From an uncultured virus (IMG/VR IMGVR_UViG_3300047462_000385) (Duplodnaviria > Heunggongvirae > Uroviricota > Caudoviricetes): a DNA stretch of 64,000 nucleotides. How positions within the stretch are numbered: the first letter of the stretch is position 1; the number at the start of each line of letters is the position of its first letter. A program made the translations under genes and the position numbers. Shown here one piece after another: positions 1 to 9,299 of this stretch. The stretch lies in IMG/VR virus record IMGVR_UViG_3300047462_000385, positions 62,001 to 126,000 of that record; one strand, written 5' to 3'. The notes under the pieces were generated by a model that ran no database searches, had not been told where the DNA came from, and was given only the letters and a program-made list of their open reading frames with translations.

Positions 1-303
1 AAGGTCCCTAAAGAGGGATATCTTGACCGTCTAAACAACTGTAAAAATTGGAAGGCACTTGCCCTCAAGGCTTGCGACCGCCTAGACAACCTACGTTCTT
101 TAATGATTCCTGGAACGACTCCCGAATTCCAGAAAAAGCAAGTTAAAGAAACCAAGGAAAAGTATTTTCCATTGTTTGATCAGATGATGCAAATTTGTCC
201 TCCGATGTATTTGTCAAATATCACTGTAGTAAGAGATGAAATAAGGCACCTGATTACTCGATATAGTACCATTATCGAGCTACAGGAGCCGACCGTAGGA
301 TAA
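1..303 (+). CDS. HD-domain protein, RelA/SpoT-hydrolase-like (5' partial)
   Basis: Frame open from base 1: ...ALKACDRLDNLRSL...KETKEKYFPL, matching the KxxDRLxNxR...ET..Y.PL end of RelA/SpoT HD domains. Confidence 0.65.
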   Translation, partial: KVPKEGYLDRLNNCKNWKALALKACDRLDNLRSLMIPGTTPEFQKKQVKETKEKYFPLFDQMMQICPPMYLSNITVVRDEIRHLITRYSTIIELQEPTVG

Positions 304-313
304 AGGAAATTAC

Positions 314-853
314 ATGACTTGTATTGTTGGGTTAGTAGACAAAGGCAACGTGTATATTGGTGGTGATAGTGCTGGAGTTAATGCAAGCGAGCTATCTATT
401 ACTCTTAGAGCGGACGAAAAGGTATTTATCAACGGTCCTTTCATTATGGGCTTTACAACCTCATTTCGTATGGGACAACTGTTGAGATACAAACTTAGCC
501 CGCCGAAACAGACGGTGCACATGGATGATATGAAATACATGGTCACTGACTTCATCGATACTGCCATTAAGTGTTTCGTTGAAAATGGGTATGGCACAGA
601 ATCCTCTGGCGGTTCCTTTTTAGTGGGGTATAAGGGTACACTCTATACTGTAGATAGTGATTTCCAAGTTGGCAAACCAATCAATCAATATGCCGCAGTT
701 GGATGTGGCTCTAATTTAGCTCTTGGTTCATTGTATACTACTGTAGGCAAGGACCCCAAGTACAGAATGAAGGTTGCTTTGGAGGCTGCCGCTCATTTTA
801 GTGCAGGTGTTGCAGCCCCATTCGTGTACATGAAGCAGCCCAAGGAAAAGTAA
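314..853 (+). CDS. Ntn-hydrolase / HslV-proteasome-beta-like protease
   Basis: N-terminal M-T-C-I-V-G...GGDS and AVGCGS...ALGSL; Thr nucleophile exposed after Met removal. Confidence 0.7.
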   Translation: MTCIVGLVDKGNVYIGGDSAGVNASELSITLRADEKVFINGPFIMGFTTSFRMGQLLRYKLSPPKQTVHMDDMKYMVTDFIDTAIKCFVENGYGTESSGGSFLVGYKGTLYTVDSDFQVGKPINQYAAVGCGSNLALGSLYTTVGKDPKYRMKVALEAAAHFSAGVAAPFVYMKQPKEK

Positions 854-873
854 CCGGCAAGATCCGTGCCAAC

Positions 874-902
874 TTGACATGGACGCTGCGAATGCCTATA
901 TT
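874..902 (+). promoter_or_regulatory. sigma70-type promoter upstream of ligA
   Basis: TTGACA-17nt-TATATT in intergenic gap. Confidence 0.7.
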
Positions 903-981
903 TGATGGGCGAGGGAAGGTGTATCCGAAGCCCTGATTTTTACCTGGATTGCACTTACCCGCCTCTAAAAGGTGATAGAAA

Positions 982-2856
982 ATGACGAAGGATCGTATCA
1001 AAGAGCTAGAAAACAAGATTTTCCAAGCCCGCACTGATTATTACAACCATCAACCCTCTGTTTCGGATAAGGTATACGATGCCTGGGTAGATGAATTGCG
1101 AACTTTAGACCCTACCAGCAAGGCTGTCACTGCAATTGGTGCTCCTATCGTCCCTTCTGAATGGAAGAAAGCCAAGCATCAAATCCCCATGGGCTCATTG
1201 GATAAAGTCAATACACCTGCCGAGCTGTCCAAATGGGTTGAAGATACTTACCCTGATGGCAAACTTTTCGTTACTGAGAAGCTTGACGGTCTATCCATCG
1301 AGCTGATTTACGAAAAGGGTAGCCTCGTACAAGCCATTACTCGTGGTGATGGCGAGACTGGTGAAGACATTACAGTCAACGTTGTTAAGATGGGTGGTGT
1401 TCGGTCTCATCTGAAAGACAAGTTTACTGGTTCCTTGCGTGGCGAAATTATCATGACCAGGAGCAACCACAAGCAATACTTTGCTGACAAGGCTAATCCT
1501 CGTAATGCAGCCTCTGGTACCAGCAAGCGCTTGGATGGCGTAGGTGTTGATAAGCTCAACATCATGTTCTATCAGGTGCTAGGCGATGTAGACTTTGGTA
1601 ATGAGCAGTTGCAATTCGTATGGCTCGTCAATCAAGACCTCGATACCCCCAACTGGTGGGTAATGAAGAATGCTGATATGGTCAATAAGCATTGGCGAGA
1701 GTATCAAGATGACAAGCGTGACAAGTTGGATTACGATATCGACGGCTTGGTAATTCGTGTTGACAACATGGAGAAGCAACTTGCACTTGGTGACAAGGAT
1801 ATGCGACCCAAGGGAGCTATTGCTTTCAAGTTTGATAACGAAGCTCGCGAGTCAGTCATTCGTGATATCATTTGGCAAGTAGGTAACAGCGGACGTATTA
1901 CTCCGGTTGCTGTGGTTGATCCTGTGCAACTAGTGGGCGCGACAGTCACCCGAGCTAGCATCTACAATATGTCATACATTGAAGAGTTGAAGTTGGATAT
2001 CGGCGCAACTGTTTTGGTTGCCCGAGCCAATGATGTTATCCCTCGCATTGAAGAGTTGGTCAAGGGTACTGGCAAAGTTGCCAAGGCGCCTCACTTCTGC
2101 CCTGAATGTGGCGGTCTGACCAAGATGGATGGTGAGAATTTGATGTGTGGCAACACTAAACGTTGCCGTGCACAGGTCATTGGTCGTATCAAGAACTGGG
2201 TCAAAGAGCTTAATCTACTTGAGTGGGGCGATTCTTTGGTTGAGAAACTAGTGGATGCCAAGAAGGTTACTACAGTTGCTGACCTATACACCTTGAAGCT
2301 AACAGATATCTCTGAGCTAGATCGCTTGGGGGACAAGACCGCGCAGAAGTGTTTGGACATTCTATGGGCTAACAAAGAGATTGGTCTGGAAGTTTTGCTT
2401 GGAGCCCTTAGTATTCCGATGATTGGTCAAAGCACAATCAAGGCAATCATGAACGCGGGCTGTGATACACTAGAGAAGTTTGGGCAACTCAATGCCGAAG
2501 CCTTTGAACAAGTGCCGGGTGTTGGTCCGACCAAGGCAAAGTTCTTGGCAGATGGTTTGCGACACAATCAGAAATTGATTTTGGACTTACTTAACAATGG
2601 AGTAGAGGTCAAAGCCAAAATAATTGGTAATATGACTGGCAAGTCAGTCTGTTTCACTGGCGCTATGAAGAACAAGCGCCCACTCTTGGAGAAGATGGCG
2701 GCTGAGGCTGGTGCTGATGTTAAGAGTTCTGTGGGCAAAGGACTTACCTACTTGGTAATTGCTGACCCTAGCAGCACAAGTTCAAAGGCGCAAGCTGCAC
2801 GTAAGCTGGGCACTAACTTGATTTCGGAAGAAGAGTTTTTGGATTTGGTCAAGTAA
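982..2856 (+). CDS. ligA: NAD+-dependent DNA ligase
   Basis: EKLDG adenylation motif, TRGDG, RGE, NPRNAASG, DGLV, Cys4 zinc finger, HhH, C-terminal BRCT. Confidence 0.97.
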   Translation: MTKDRIKELENKIFQARTDYYNHQPSVSDKVYDAWVDELRTLDPTSKAVTAIGAPIVPSEWKKAKHQIPMGSLDKVNTPAELSKWVEDTYPDGKLFVTEKLDGLSIELIYEKGSLVQAITRGDGETGEDITVNVVKMGGVRSHLKDKFTGSLRGEIIMTRSNHKQYFADKANPRNAASGTSKRLDGVGVDKLNIMFYQVLGDVDFGNEQLQFVWLVNQDLDTPNWWVMKNADMVNKHWREYQDDKRDKLDYDIDGLVIRVDNMEKQLALGDKDMRPKGAIAFKFDNEARESVIRDIIWQVGNSGRITPVAVVDPVQLVGATVTRASIYNMSYIEELKLDIGATVLVARANDVIPRIEELVKGTGKVAKAPHFCPECGGLTKMDGENLMCGNTKRCRAQVIGRIKNWVKELNLLEWGDSLVEKLVDAKKVTTVADLYTLKLTDISELDRLGDKTAQKCLDILWANKEIGLEVLLGALSIPMIGQSTIKAIMNAGCDTLEKFGQLNAEAFEQVPGVGPTKAKFLADGLRHNQKLILDLLNNGVEVKAKIIGNMTGKSVCFTGAMKNKRPLLEKMAAEAGADVKSSVGKGLTYLVIADPSSTSSKAQAARKLGTNLISEEEFLDLVK

Positions 2857-2909
2857 CAAATAAGTAACTTTCTTGTAGTGATCTGCCGTTTTCAGCATAG
2901 AGTGTAAGC

Positions 2910-3716
2910 ATGAAGGACAAATATCTTTGGTACACAGACACTCATCTTGATAAGGTAGCGCCTTGGACGCTGATTAAATTTATTAGACACATTAAGAAAG
3001 AAAAGCCCAAAGGAATTTTTCTTACCGGAGATATCTCGAATGGCATCCTAACATGTTGGCATTTGAAGTTATTAGCCCGGTTTATCAAGTGTCCAATCTA
3101 TTTTGTACTTGGCAATCACGATTATCACTTCACTAGTATCTCTAAACAGCATAAAAAGATCCGAGCGCTGTGCAAAAAGTATCCTAATCTAGTTTGGTTA
3201 ACCGGCTCTGACGTTATTTCATTGACACCAGAGGTCGCAATCATTGGGACTGAGGGATGGTATGATGCCCAAATGGGCAACCCAAACTATCTTAGAGTCT
3301 CTTTTGATTGGTTTTTGACTGAAGATTTTAGGAAACTGCCCGATTTTAATGCTTGCATCGACCGTTTTCGCAGCCTTGCAGACCAAAGCTGTGAAATTTT
3401 AGCGGACAAGTTAGAGAAAGCTCTAGAGCAAGACTACAAAACCATCTACATTCTCACTCACTTTCCTCCTTGGAAGGAAGCAACTCGTGATGAAGGAACG
3501 TTGCTGGAACCATATTTCTTGCCTTATAATGTCAATTTGAGGCTGGGAAAGGCTATTGAGAAGGTTATGAGTGAGCGTAAGAAGAGAAATGTTACAGTTT
3601 TGGCAGGACACACTCATACAGATTGCTGGATTCACGTCTCTCGTAACATTGAATGCAAGGTTAATAACGCCAAGTACTATGATTCAGTAAGGAATGAAGA
3701 ACATATCTTTATTTAA
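2910..3716 (+). CDS. Calcineurin-like metallophosphoesterase
   Basis: DTH, GD, GNHD, THFPP, GHTH motifs. Confidence 0.85.
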   Translation: MKDKYLWYTDTHLDKVAPWTLIKFIRHIKKEKPKGIFLTGDISNGILTCWHLKLLARFIKCPIYFVLGNHDYHFTSISKQHKKIRALCKKYPNLVWLTGSDVISLTPEVAIIGTEGWYDAQMGNPNYLRVSFDWFLTEDFRKLPDFNACIDRFRSLADQSCEILADKLEKALEQDYKTIYILTHFPPWKEATRDEGTLLEPYFLPYNVNLRLGKAIEKVMSERKKRNVTVLAGHTHTDCWIHVSRNIECKVNNAKYYDSVRNEEHIFI

Positions 3717-3758
3717 CCTGCTACTTACAATACATAAACCTAGACAAAGGACAACTTA

Positions 3759-4019
3759 ATGTGTTATTTATGTATGATGGGAATGGATTTAATAGATCTT
3801 GACTCTGGTTCAATGCATCAGAACGTTCAAAAATGTCAAGATGACAATGATTCTTGGGCATTTGGAGAGTCATTTGATTTTGATTTTATTAAAGACTTGG
3901 AACCAAAGAAGAATTCTGAAGGTTGTGTTTGTAAAAAATGCAAAGAGCTTTACCCATATGCTGAGCCTAATCAAAAAGATGGCTCTATGATTTGTTATTC
4001 TTGTAGAAAATACGGCTAA
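3759..4019 (+). CDS. Small Cys-rich (zinc-binding) hypothetical protein
   Basis: CKKC...CYSC; upstream AGGA. Confidence 0.55.
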   Translation: MCYLCMMGMDLIDLDSGSMHQNVQKCQDDNDSWAFGESFDFDFIKDLEPKKNSEGCVCKKCKELYPYAEPNQKDGSMICYSCRKYG

Positions 4020-4031
4020 GACTGCCGGTAT

Positions 4032-4652
4032 ATGTCGTCAGAGGATGTTTCCATGACGATAAGTGATCCAAAATTTTTAATTAATGCTGGTGTTTATGAT
4101 AGGTGTGTTACCTTTGCCAAGGCTTCGGTCAATACGAGCGCTGACAAATATGCTAGACGCAATCAGTTTGATGTAGAAAAGATTGTCAAAGATATTCGAA
4201 ACGGCAAGATTGGTGAAGAGGGTGTCTACGAAAAGCTAGTAGCTACGCTTCCCAACTTATCTAAACCCGATCATAACATTTATGATAAGAGAGATAAGTC
4301 ATGGTCACCTGATTTGAGTGATACTGGCTCGTCTATTCGTGTTGCTGTCAAGTCCCAAGACATTGAATCTGCCCTCAGCTTCGGTGAGTCTTGGGTTTTT
4401 CAATTTGGTAATGGCGGAAAATATGATTGTGATACTGGAGTCTTTAAAGAAGTTGATCCAAATCACTATGTAGCGTTTGTTTCTTTGAATGTACCAAAAA
4501 GATTTGGTACAATCAGAGCTATTGTTAAAGTGCAATGGTTGCACGATAAGAAGCTTTTCAAAGAAATGAAGAAGCAGTCCTTGCGCGGAAACAAAGTCGC
4601 CGTATATTGCGACGACCTATTAAAGCATCCTAACGAATTATGGCAACTATAA
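4032..4652 (+). CDS. PD-(D/E)XK-like nuclease-fold protein
   Basis: GKIGE...PDL...AVKSQ arrangement; overlaps downstream MTase; true start may be the second Met. Confidence 0.5.
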   Translation: MSSEDVSMTISDPKFLINAGVYDRCVTFAKASVNTSADKYARRNQFDVEKIVKDIRNGKIGEEGVYEKLVATLPNLSKPDHNIYDKRDKSWSPDLSDTGSSIRVAVKSQDIESALSFGESWVFQFGNGGKYDCDTGVFKEVDPNHYVAFVSLNVPKRFGTIRAIVKVQWLHDKKLFKEMKKQSLRGNKVAVYCDDLLKHPNELWQL

Positions 4653-5458
4653 CTCCCTTCCGATATCCTGGTTCCAAAAATAAGCTACTGCCGATACTGA
4701 TGGAACATATGGATAAGATGATGGAAGGTCAGAGTTCTTTTGCAGATGTGTTTGTGGGTGGGGGTTCGGTACTTCTAGAGGTTGCTCGTAAGTATCCTAA
4801 GGTTCAATTGTATGCCAATGACAAAGATTATTGGATGTATTGCTTCTGGAAGGTCGTGGCTGACACAGATACCAATAAATTGGACCAGCTGCTGAAGCTC
4901 ATGGAGGCTGTCCCGACGCTAGAACTATTTTATAAATTACGTGAAGAGGATACACGGGACGAAATTAAGTGTGCCTACAAGGCTATCTTCTTCAATCGAA
5001 CCACCTTTTCAGGTATCTTTTATAGCGGACCCATCGGTGGTAAAGATCAAAAATCGAAATATACAGTTGACTGTCGCTATAACTACAAGAAACTAAAGGC
5101 AAAAATACTGCACTGCCACAAATTATTAGCAGGGCGCACTACGGTTGACAATCAAGATGTGGCGACTTATCCTGTGCTGACTCAGATGAGCATGCCAGTC
5201 TACTTAGACCCGCCATATTTCGTCAAAGGAAACATCCTTTATCATGAGACTATGAAGCCCCAGGAGCATGAAAATCTGGCAAAGATTCTAGAAAACAGAA
5301 CCAATTGGGTTCTTTCTTACGATGACTGTTATGAGACGCGGCAGATGTATAAGTCAAAGCAAGTTATTGACCTAGCCGCCCGCTATTGCATCAATGGTAA
5401 GAAAGAAAATTGGAAACATAAGAATGAACTAATCATTCTTTCTACTATGGGGAGCTAA
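4640..5458 (+). CDS. DNA adenine methyltransferase (Dam/D12 class)
   Basis: PFRYPGSK, DVFVGGGSV, YLDPPY, WVLSYD. Confidence 0.92.
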   Translation: MATITPFRYPGSKNKLLPILMEHMDKMMEGQSSFADVFVGGGSVLLEVARKYPKVQLYANDKDYWMYCFWKVVADTDTNKLDQLLKLMEAVPTLELFYKLREEDTRDEIKCAYKAIFFNRTTFSGIFYSGPIGGKDQKSKYTVDCRYNYKKLKAKILHCHKLLAGRTTVDNQDVATYPVLTQMSMPVYLDPPYFVKGNILYHETMKPQEHENLAKILENRTNWVLSYDDCYETRQMYKSKQVIDLAARYCINGKKENWKHKNELIILSTMGS

Positions 5459-5459
5459 G

Positions 5460-5801
5460 ATGAAGTATTTTTTGTTTAGCTTGATTATGATTTTGTCTGG
5501 ATGTGCGGAATACGTTATCGATCCATCCAATCCAAACATCGCATATCAATATGGTTGTACTACTATTTGCGATGATTATGGTTGCCGCGAATTATGTAAT
5601 GTACAATATTATGAAACTCCTGATGGAGTTGTTTATTGGGACACGCATTTCAGTGCTTGGATTGGACCACACGGTTATTGGTGGCATGGTAGTTATTATC
5701 GTGGAGGCTTTCCAAGATATCACGAATACTATCATCGTGGTTGGTATGGTCGTAGTGGTGGAGGATATCGAGGAAACTTTCATGGAGGGCATCATAGATG
5801 A
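5460..5801 (+). CDS. Lipoprotein with Gly/His/Tyr/Trp-rich tail
   Basis: Signal peptide with lipobox LSG-C. Confidence 0.7.
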   Translation: MKYFLFSLIMILSGCAEYVIDPSNPNIAYQYGCTTICDDYGCRELCNVQYYETPDGVVYWDTHFSAWIGPHGYWWHGSYYRGGFPRYHEYYHRGWYGRSGGGYRGNFHGGHHR

Positions 5802-6451
5802 ATTTAGCAGAATCAACTCAGTCAAATTTGGTAAAGCTTTGTGAGAATCCTAAAATTTCTCAGCTGTTAGAAGAGGTTAAGAGTTGGGGGAAGGCAGCAG
5901 TCTTCGGTGGTGCGGTTAGAGATTGGTCTTTTGGTAATCAACCTCGTGACATTGATGTAGTAGTTGACTGTCCATCTCAGGCTTTAGATGCTTTGATTAA
6001 ATACAAAGCCAAAAAGAATCGTTTTGGCGGCTACAAGTTAACTCTTGACAAGGTTGAATTTGATATTTGGAATCTGGATTCTACTTGGGCATTTGGAAAT
6101 GATCCCAAATTCTCTAAAAAATTAGAGACCATTCCACAGACAGTCTTCTTGAATGTAGATGCTGTTGCTTATTGCCTAGATGATAAAGCAATTTTGGACA
6201 AAGGCTTTACTAAAGCAATGGAATCAAGGGTTCTTGATATTGTTTACGAGCCCAATCCATACCCGTATCTTTGTGTTTCTAAATCTTTGGTTGCATTGAA
6301 GAAGTATGATATGAAAGCCTCTCCACGATTGAGGAGTTTTATTCGCGATCAAGAGGGCAGAGGATACACGGCGAAGTCTTTTAATGTGTATCAAAAGGTT
6401 CAATATGGTGACACTGTATTGGATTATACTGACTGCATGAATCGAGTGTAA
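5798..6451 (+). CDS. Nucleotidyltransferase, CCA/poly(A) polymerase head-like
   Basis: FGGAVRD...PRDIDVV motif. Confidence 0.75.
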   Translation: MNLAESTQSNLVKLCENPKISQLLEEVKSWGKAAVFGGAVRDWSFGNQPRDIDVVVDCPSQALDALIKYKAKKNRFGGYKLTLDKVEFDIWNLDSTWAFGNDPKFSKKLETIPQTVFLNVDAVAYCLDDKAILDKGFTKAMESRVLDIVYEPNPYPYLCVSKSLVALKKYDMKASPRLRSFIRDQEGRGYTAKSFNVYQKVQYGDTVLDYTDCMNRV

Positions 6452-6454
6452 TAA

Positions 6455-6826
6455 ATGTTGGATTTCATAATTGTTGTTGGTGCCATTTTTGGTCTAGCTT
6501 TCTTTATTAAAGAATCAGACGGTCCCTGGGGTTTGATGGCAAGAGCCCGTAATGAACTCTTTAAAAACCCTCATGTGGGTACATTCTTTTATAAATTACT
6601 GGATTGTTATTTCTGCCTTGGTTTCCATTGTGGTTGGTTCGTCTATTTATTGCACGAAAAAATATGGAGCCTCAATTTATTAATTTGCTGGGGTCTTGCT
6701 GGCGGCATGATCAGCCTTATAATGGACTTGATTTTGACGAGGCTCACGGCGCCACTGGCGTCAGAGCCCGAGCCTCCACTTGAGGCACCTCAACCACGTA
6801 AACGAACCAAGGTTAAAAATGGCTAA
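6455..6826 (+). CDS. Membrane protein, DUF1360-like
   Basis: Hydrophobic segments and LLDCYFCLGFH CxxC motif. Confidence 0.6.
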   Translation: MLDFIIVVGAIFGLAFFIKESDGPWGLMARARNELFKNPHVGTFFYKLLDCYFCLGFHCGWFVYLLHEKIWSLNLLICWGLAGGMISLIMDLILTRLTAPLASEPEPPLEAPQPRKRTKVKNG

Positions 6827-8303
6827 GCCTGTTATCAGAGAAGATGAACTTCAAGTTTCCATCAAAGACGTTTTTAAGCGTTATACTCTAAATTTTACTG
6901 ACATCATCAATAACAATAACAAGTATTACAACTTGGAGTTGATTGAATCCAATGATGGTAAGTACTATATCTATACGCAGTATGGGCGTGTTGGTGTTTC
7001 TGGCGCCAAAGAGTATCGTGTCTGCGAAGATAAGGCTGATGCCGAAAAAGAAGCCGAGAAGATTATCAAGTCCAAAACCAAAAAGGGCTATGTTGAAGTC
7101 AAGTTGGTTAAGGCTGACGTTGGCTCTGATATGGGTAAATCTAAAGTAGACTCTACCGTTTCTGTGGAAGCTCTCAAACGATTGGGCGCAACTGTCACTG
7201 AGAAAGACGAATCGGCTAGTAAACTTCATGCGCAAGTGCAGGACTTAGTTCGTACTTGGTTCGGCGTTACACAAGAGTTCGTTGAATTGAACCTTGATAC
7301 CAACAAGTGTCCATTGGGTCAATTGTCGTTAACCCAAATTGATTTCGCCAAACAAATTCTGGATGAAGCTCGTAAGCAAATCCACGTCAAGAAGCCTGAC
7401 GTCAAGGAGTTGAATAAGCTTACCAGCCAATACTACTCTAACATTCCTCACGTCCTCCCTCGTAAGATTGATGCTGACGTATTACGTTTGGACGACGACG
7501 ATAAGCTCAATAAAGCTTTCGACATTCTCGACGTCTTTGCTGACGCAAAGAACGTTCAAGCAGTTATCTCCAAGAAGAGCGCAGTAGATTCGCAGTATGC
7601 GACTTTGAAAGCTGATTTGGAGTACGTTGATCCTTCCGATCCGGTGTTCAAGTGGATTGATAACATGCTACATGGTACCCGTGCAAGCAATCATGGTGGC
7701 TTGGGCAAACTAAAGACTCATAAAGTTTTCCGTGTTGCTCGTCACGATGAAGACAAGCATTGGATGGAAGCTTCCGAGAAGATTGCTAAGGAATGTGGCA
7801 AATACACTCCTTCTGAAGTATATGCTAAGTGGGTAAAAGAACGTATTGACATTACCAAAGAAATGGATGCCCTTTATAAGAAGGCAAACGTTCTTCCTGC
7901 ATGGCACGGTACTCGTCGTGCAAACATGATTGGTATCACAACCAAAGGTCTTTTGATTCGTCCTTCTGGCGTTATCCATGCTGGGTCTGCATTTGGGGAT
8001 GGAATCTACTGGGCAACCAATTCTACCAAGAGTATGAATTATTGTGATGTTAGAGGTAGCTACTGGGCTCAAGGAACAAATAAAACAGCATATCTCTTTT
8101 TAGCAGATGTGGCTTTTGGAAATCAAAAGATCACGCAACAGTCTCACTTCTATACCAAGAAGAATATTAACCCAGCACATAGTGTTTGGGCTAAAACAGG
8201 CGGGTCACTATATAATGAAGAATTGATTACATATACGCCAAGTGGACCAGAACAACAACATTGTATCCGCTATATTATAGAATTTGAAACGCAAGCCAAA
8301 TGA
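6819..8303 (+). CDS. Poly(ADP-ribose) polymerase (WGR + regulatory + catalytic domains)
   Basis: NNNKYY...YGRVG (WGR); CPLGQLS...YYSNIPH (regulatory); WHGT, FGDGIYWA, KSMNY, NEELITY (H-Y-E). Confidence 0.92.
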   Translation: MAKPVIREDELQVSIKDVFKRYTLNFTDIINNNNKYYNLELIESNDGKYYIYTQYGRVGVSGAKEYRVCEDKADAEKEAEKIIKSKTKKGYVEVKLVKADVGSDMGKSKVDSTVSVEALKRLGATVTEKDESASKLHAQVQDLVRTWFGVTQEFVELNLDTNKCPLGQLSLTQIDFAKQILDEARKQIHVKKPDVKELNKLTSQYYSNIPHVLPRKIDADVLRLDDDDKLNKAFDILDVFADAKNVQAVISKKSAVDSQYATLKADLEYVDPSDPVFKWIDNMLHGTRASNHGGLGKLKTHKVFRVARHDEDKHWMEASEKIAKECGKYTPSEVYAKWVKERIDITKEMDALYKKANVLPAWHGTRRANMIGITTKGLLIRPSGVIHAGSAFGDGIYWATNSTKSMNYCDVRGSYWAQGTNKTAYLFLADVAFGNQKITQQSHFYTKKNINPAHSVWAKTGGSLYNEELITYTPSGPEQQHCIRYIIEFETQAK

Positions 8304-9151
8304 TTACGGTAGATATCGTATTTTCTTTGACATCTTGTTATTGGTGAGGTATTTTCGTAAATCCAAGTTAATATCTTAGTTGCATTGGTTCCCGAGTATC
8401 GCAAGGAGTAGTTGGGGTTCTTTCGTTTCTTACTTCGCTTTATCGTTTTGATATGTCCATCTTCGGCGATATCAAGCGTATTAGATAGATAATGACGCAA
8501 TTTTTGAACGAAATCTAAACAATTAGAAGAATAGGAAAACTCGATACCACATGATTGATTTTTTCTGCGGTCGTCAATTCTGACACACCCATCGGTGCTC
8601 AACAGTCCCGAAACGAAGAACTGATACATATCTTGTGGTAAGTTAGGAAAAATCAATTTACTACTCTTGGGACTTTGTAGATGAAACTTATTGATTAGTT
8701 CTTGGCATAAATGTTTGGAGTTGATGACAAGGTTATAAGCTTTGGCTTTCTTTCTCTTAGTAATAGGAAAGTTGGTCCCTAATAAATGTCTGGCACTTTC
8801 TAAGATATCCATATCATTGCTAACAATCGTTGTAGCATATTTGTATCTTTTAGGATTGTAATGAACGCATCCATCACCGAATATCAACCCTAACACATAG
8901 CATTGAAGCGCGTCTAACTCGTCAAAATAGTTTCGTTCTTCTAACATCGCTTTTCGTCTCTGCGTTTCATATGCTGTTAGAATTGGAACATCAAATTGGT
9001 CAAGAATGAATTTCAGTTGCTTCTGCTGCAACTTCGTTTCTTTTTGCAATTTTTTGAGTGATACGCCAGCTTTGTAGTCTGCCACAATTTTTTGTTTTTC
9101 TTGCTCGGTGATAATTCGTTTTGGTCGCGACATATAATGCTCCGTGATCAT
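8270..9151 (-). CDS. Free-standing LAGLIDADG homing endonuclease with N-terminal HTH
   Basis: Two motifs LGLIFGDG and SGLLSTDG; overlaps the PARP stop convergently. Confidence 0.85.
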   Translation of the reverse strand: MITEHYMSRPKRIITEQEKQKIVADYKAGVSLKKLQKETKLQQKQLKFILDQFDVPILTAYETQRRKAMLEERNYFDELDALQCYVLGLIFGDGCVHYNPKRYKYATTIVSNDMDILESARHLLGTNFPITKRKKAKAYNLVINSKHLCQELINKFHLQSPKSSKLIFPNLPQDMYQFFVSGLLSTDGCVRIDDRRKNQSCGIEFSYSSNCLDFVQKLRHYLSNTLDIAEDGHIKTIKRSKKRKNPNYSLRYSGTNATKILTWIYENTSPITRCQRKYDIYRNHLACVSNSII

Positions 9152-9299
9152 GTATGGTGATGGTATATCTATATCACCAAATTAGTAGATTTTGAGGAAA
9201 TATGTTTAACAATCAAGAGTTTGTGTATTTTTTAGAACAACCCGATTATGGGCAGCCCAACAAAGAAATAAAACCGTTTCAATCATTGAGATGAAATAA

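Noticed and set aside
8270..9151. Group I intron or intein hosting the LAGLIDADG (likewise the GIY-YIG and HNH genes)
   Set aside because: Neighbouring genes are complete, several nucleases are antisense, and no splice-junction motifs were seen; they are free-standing
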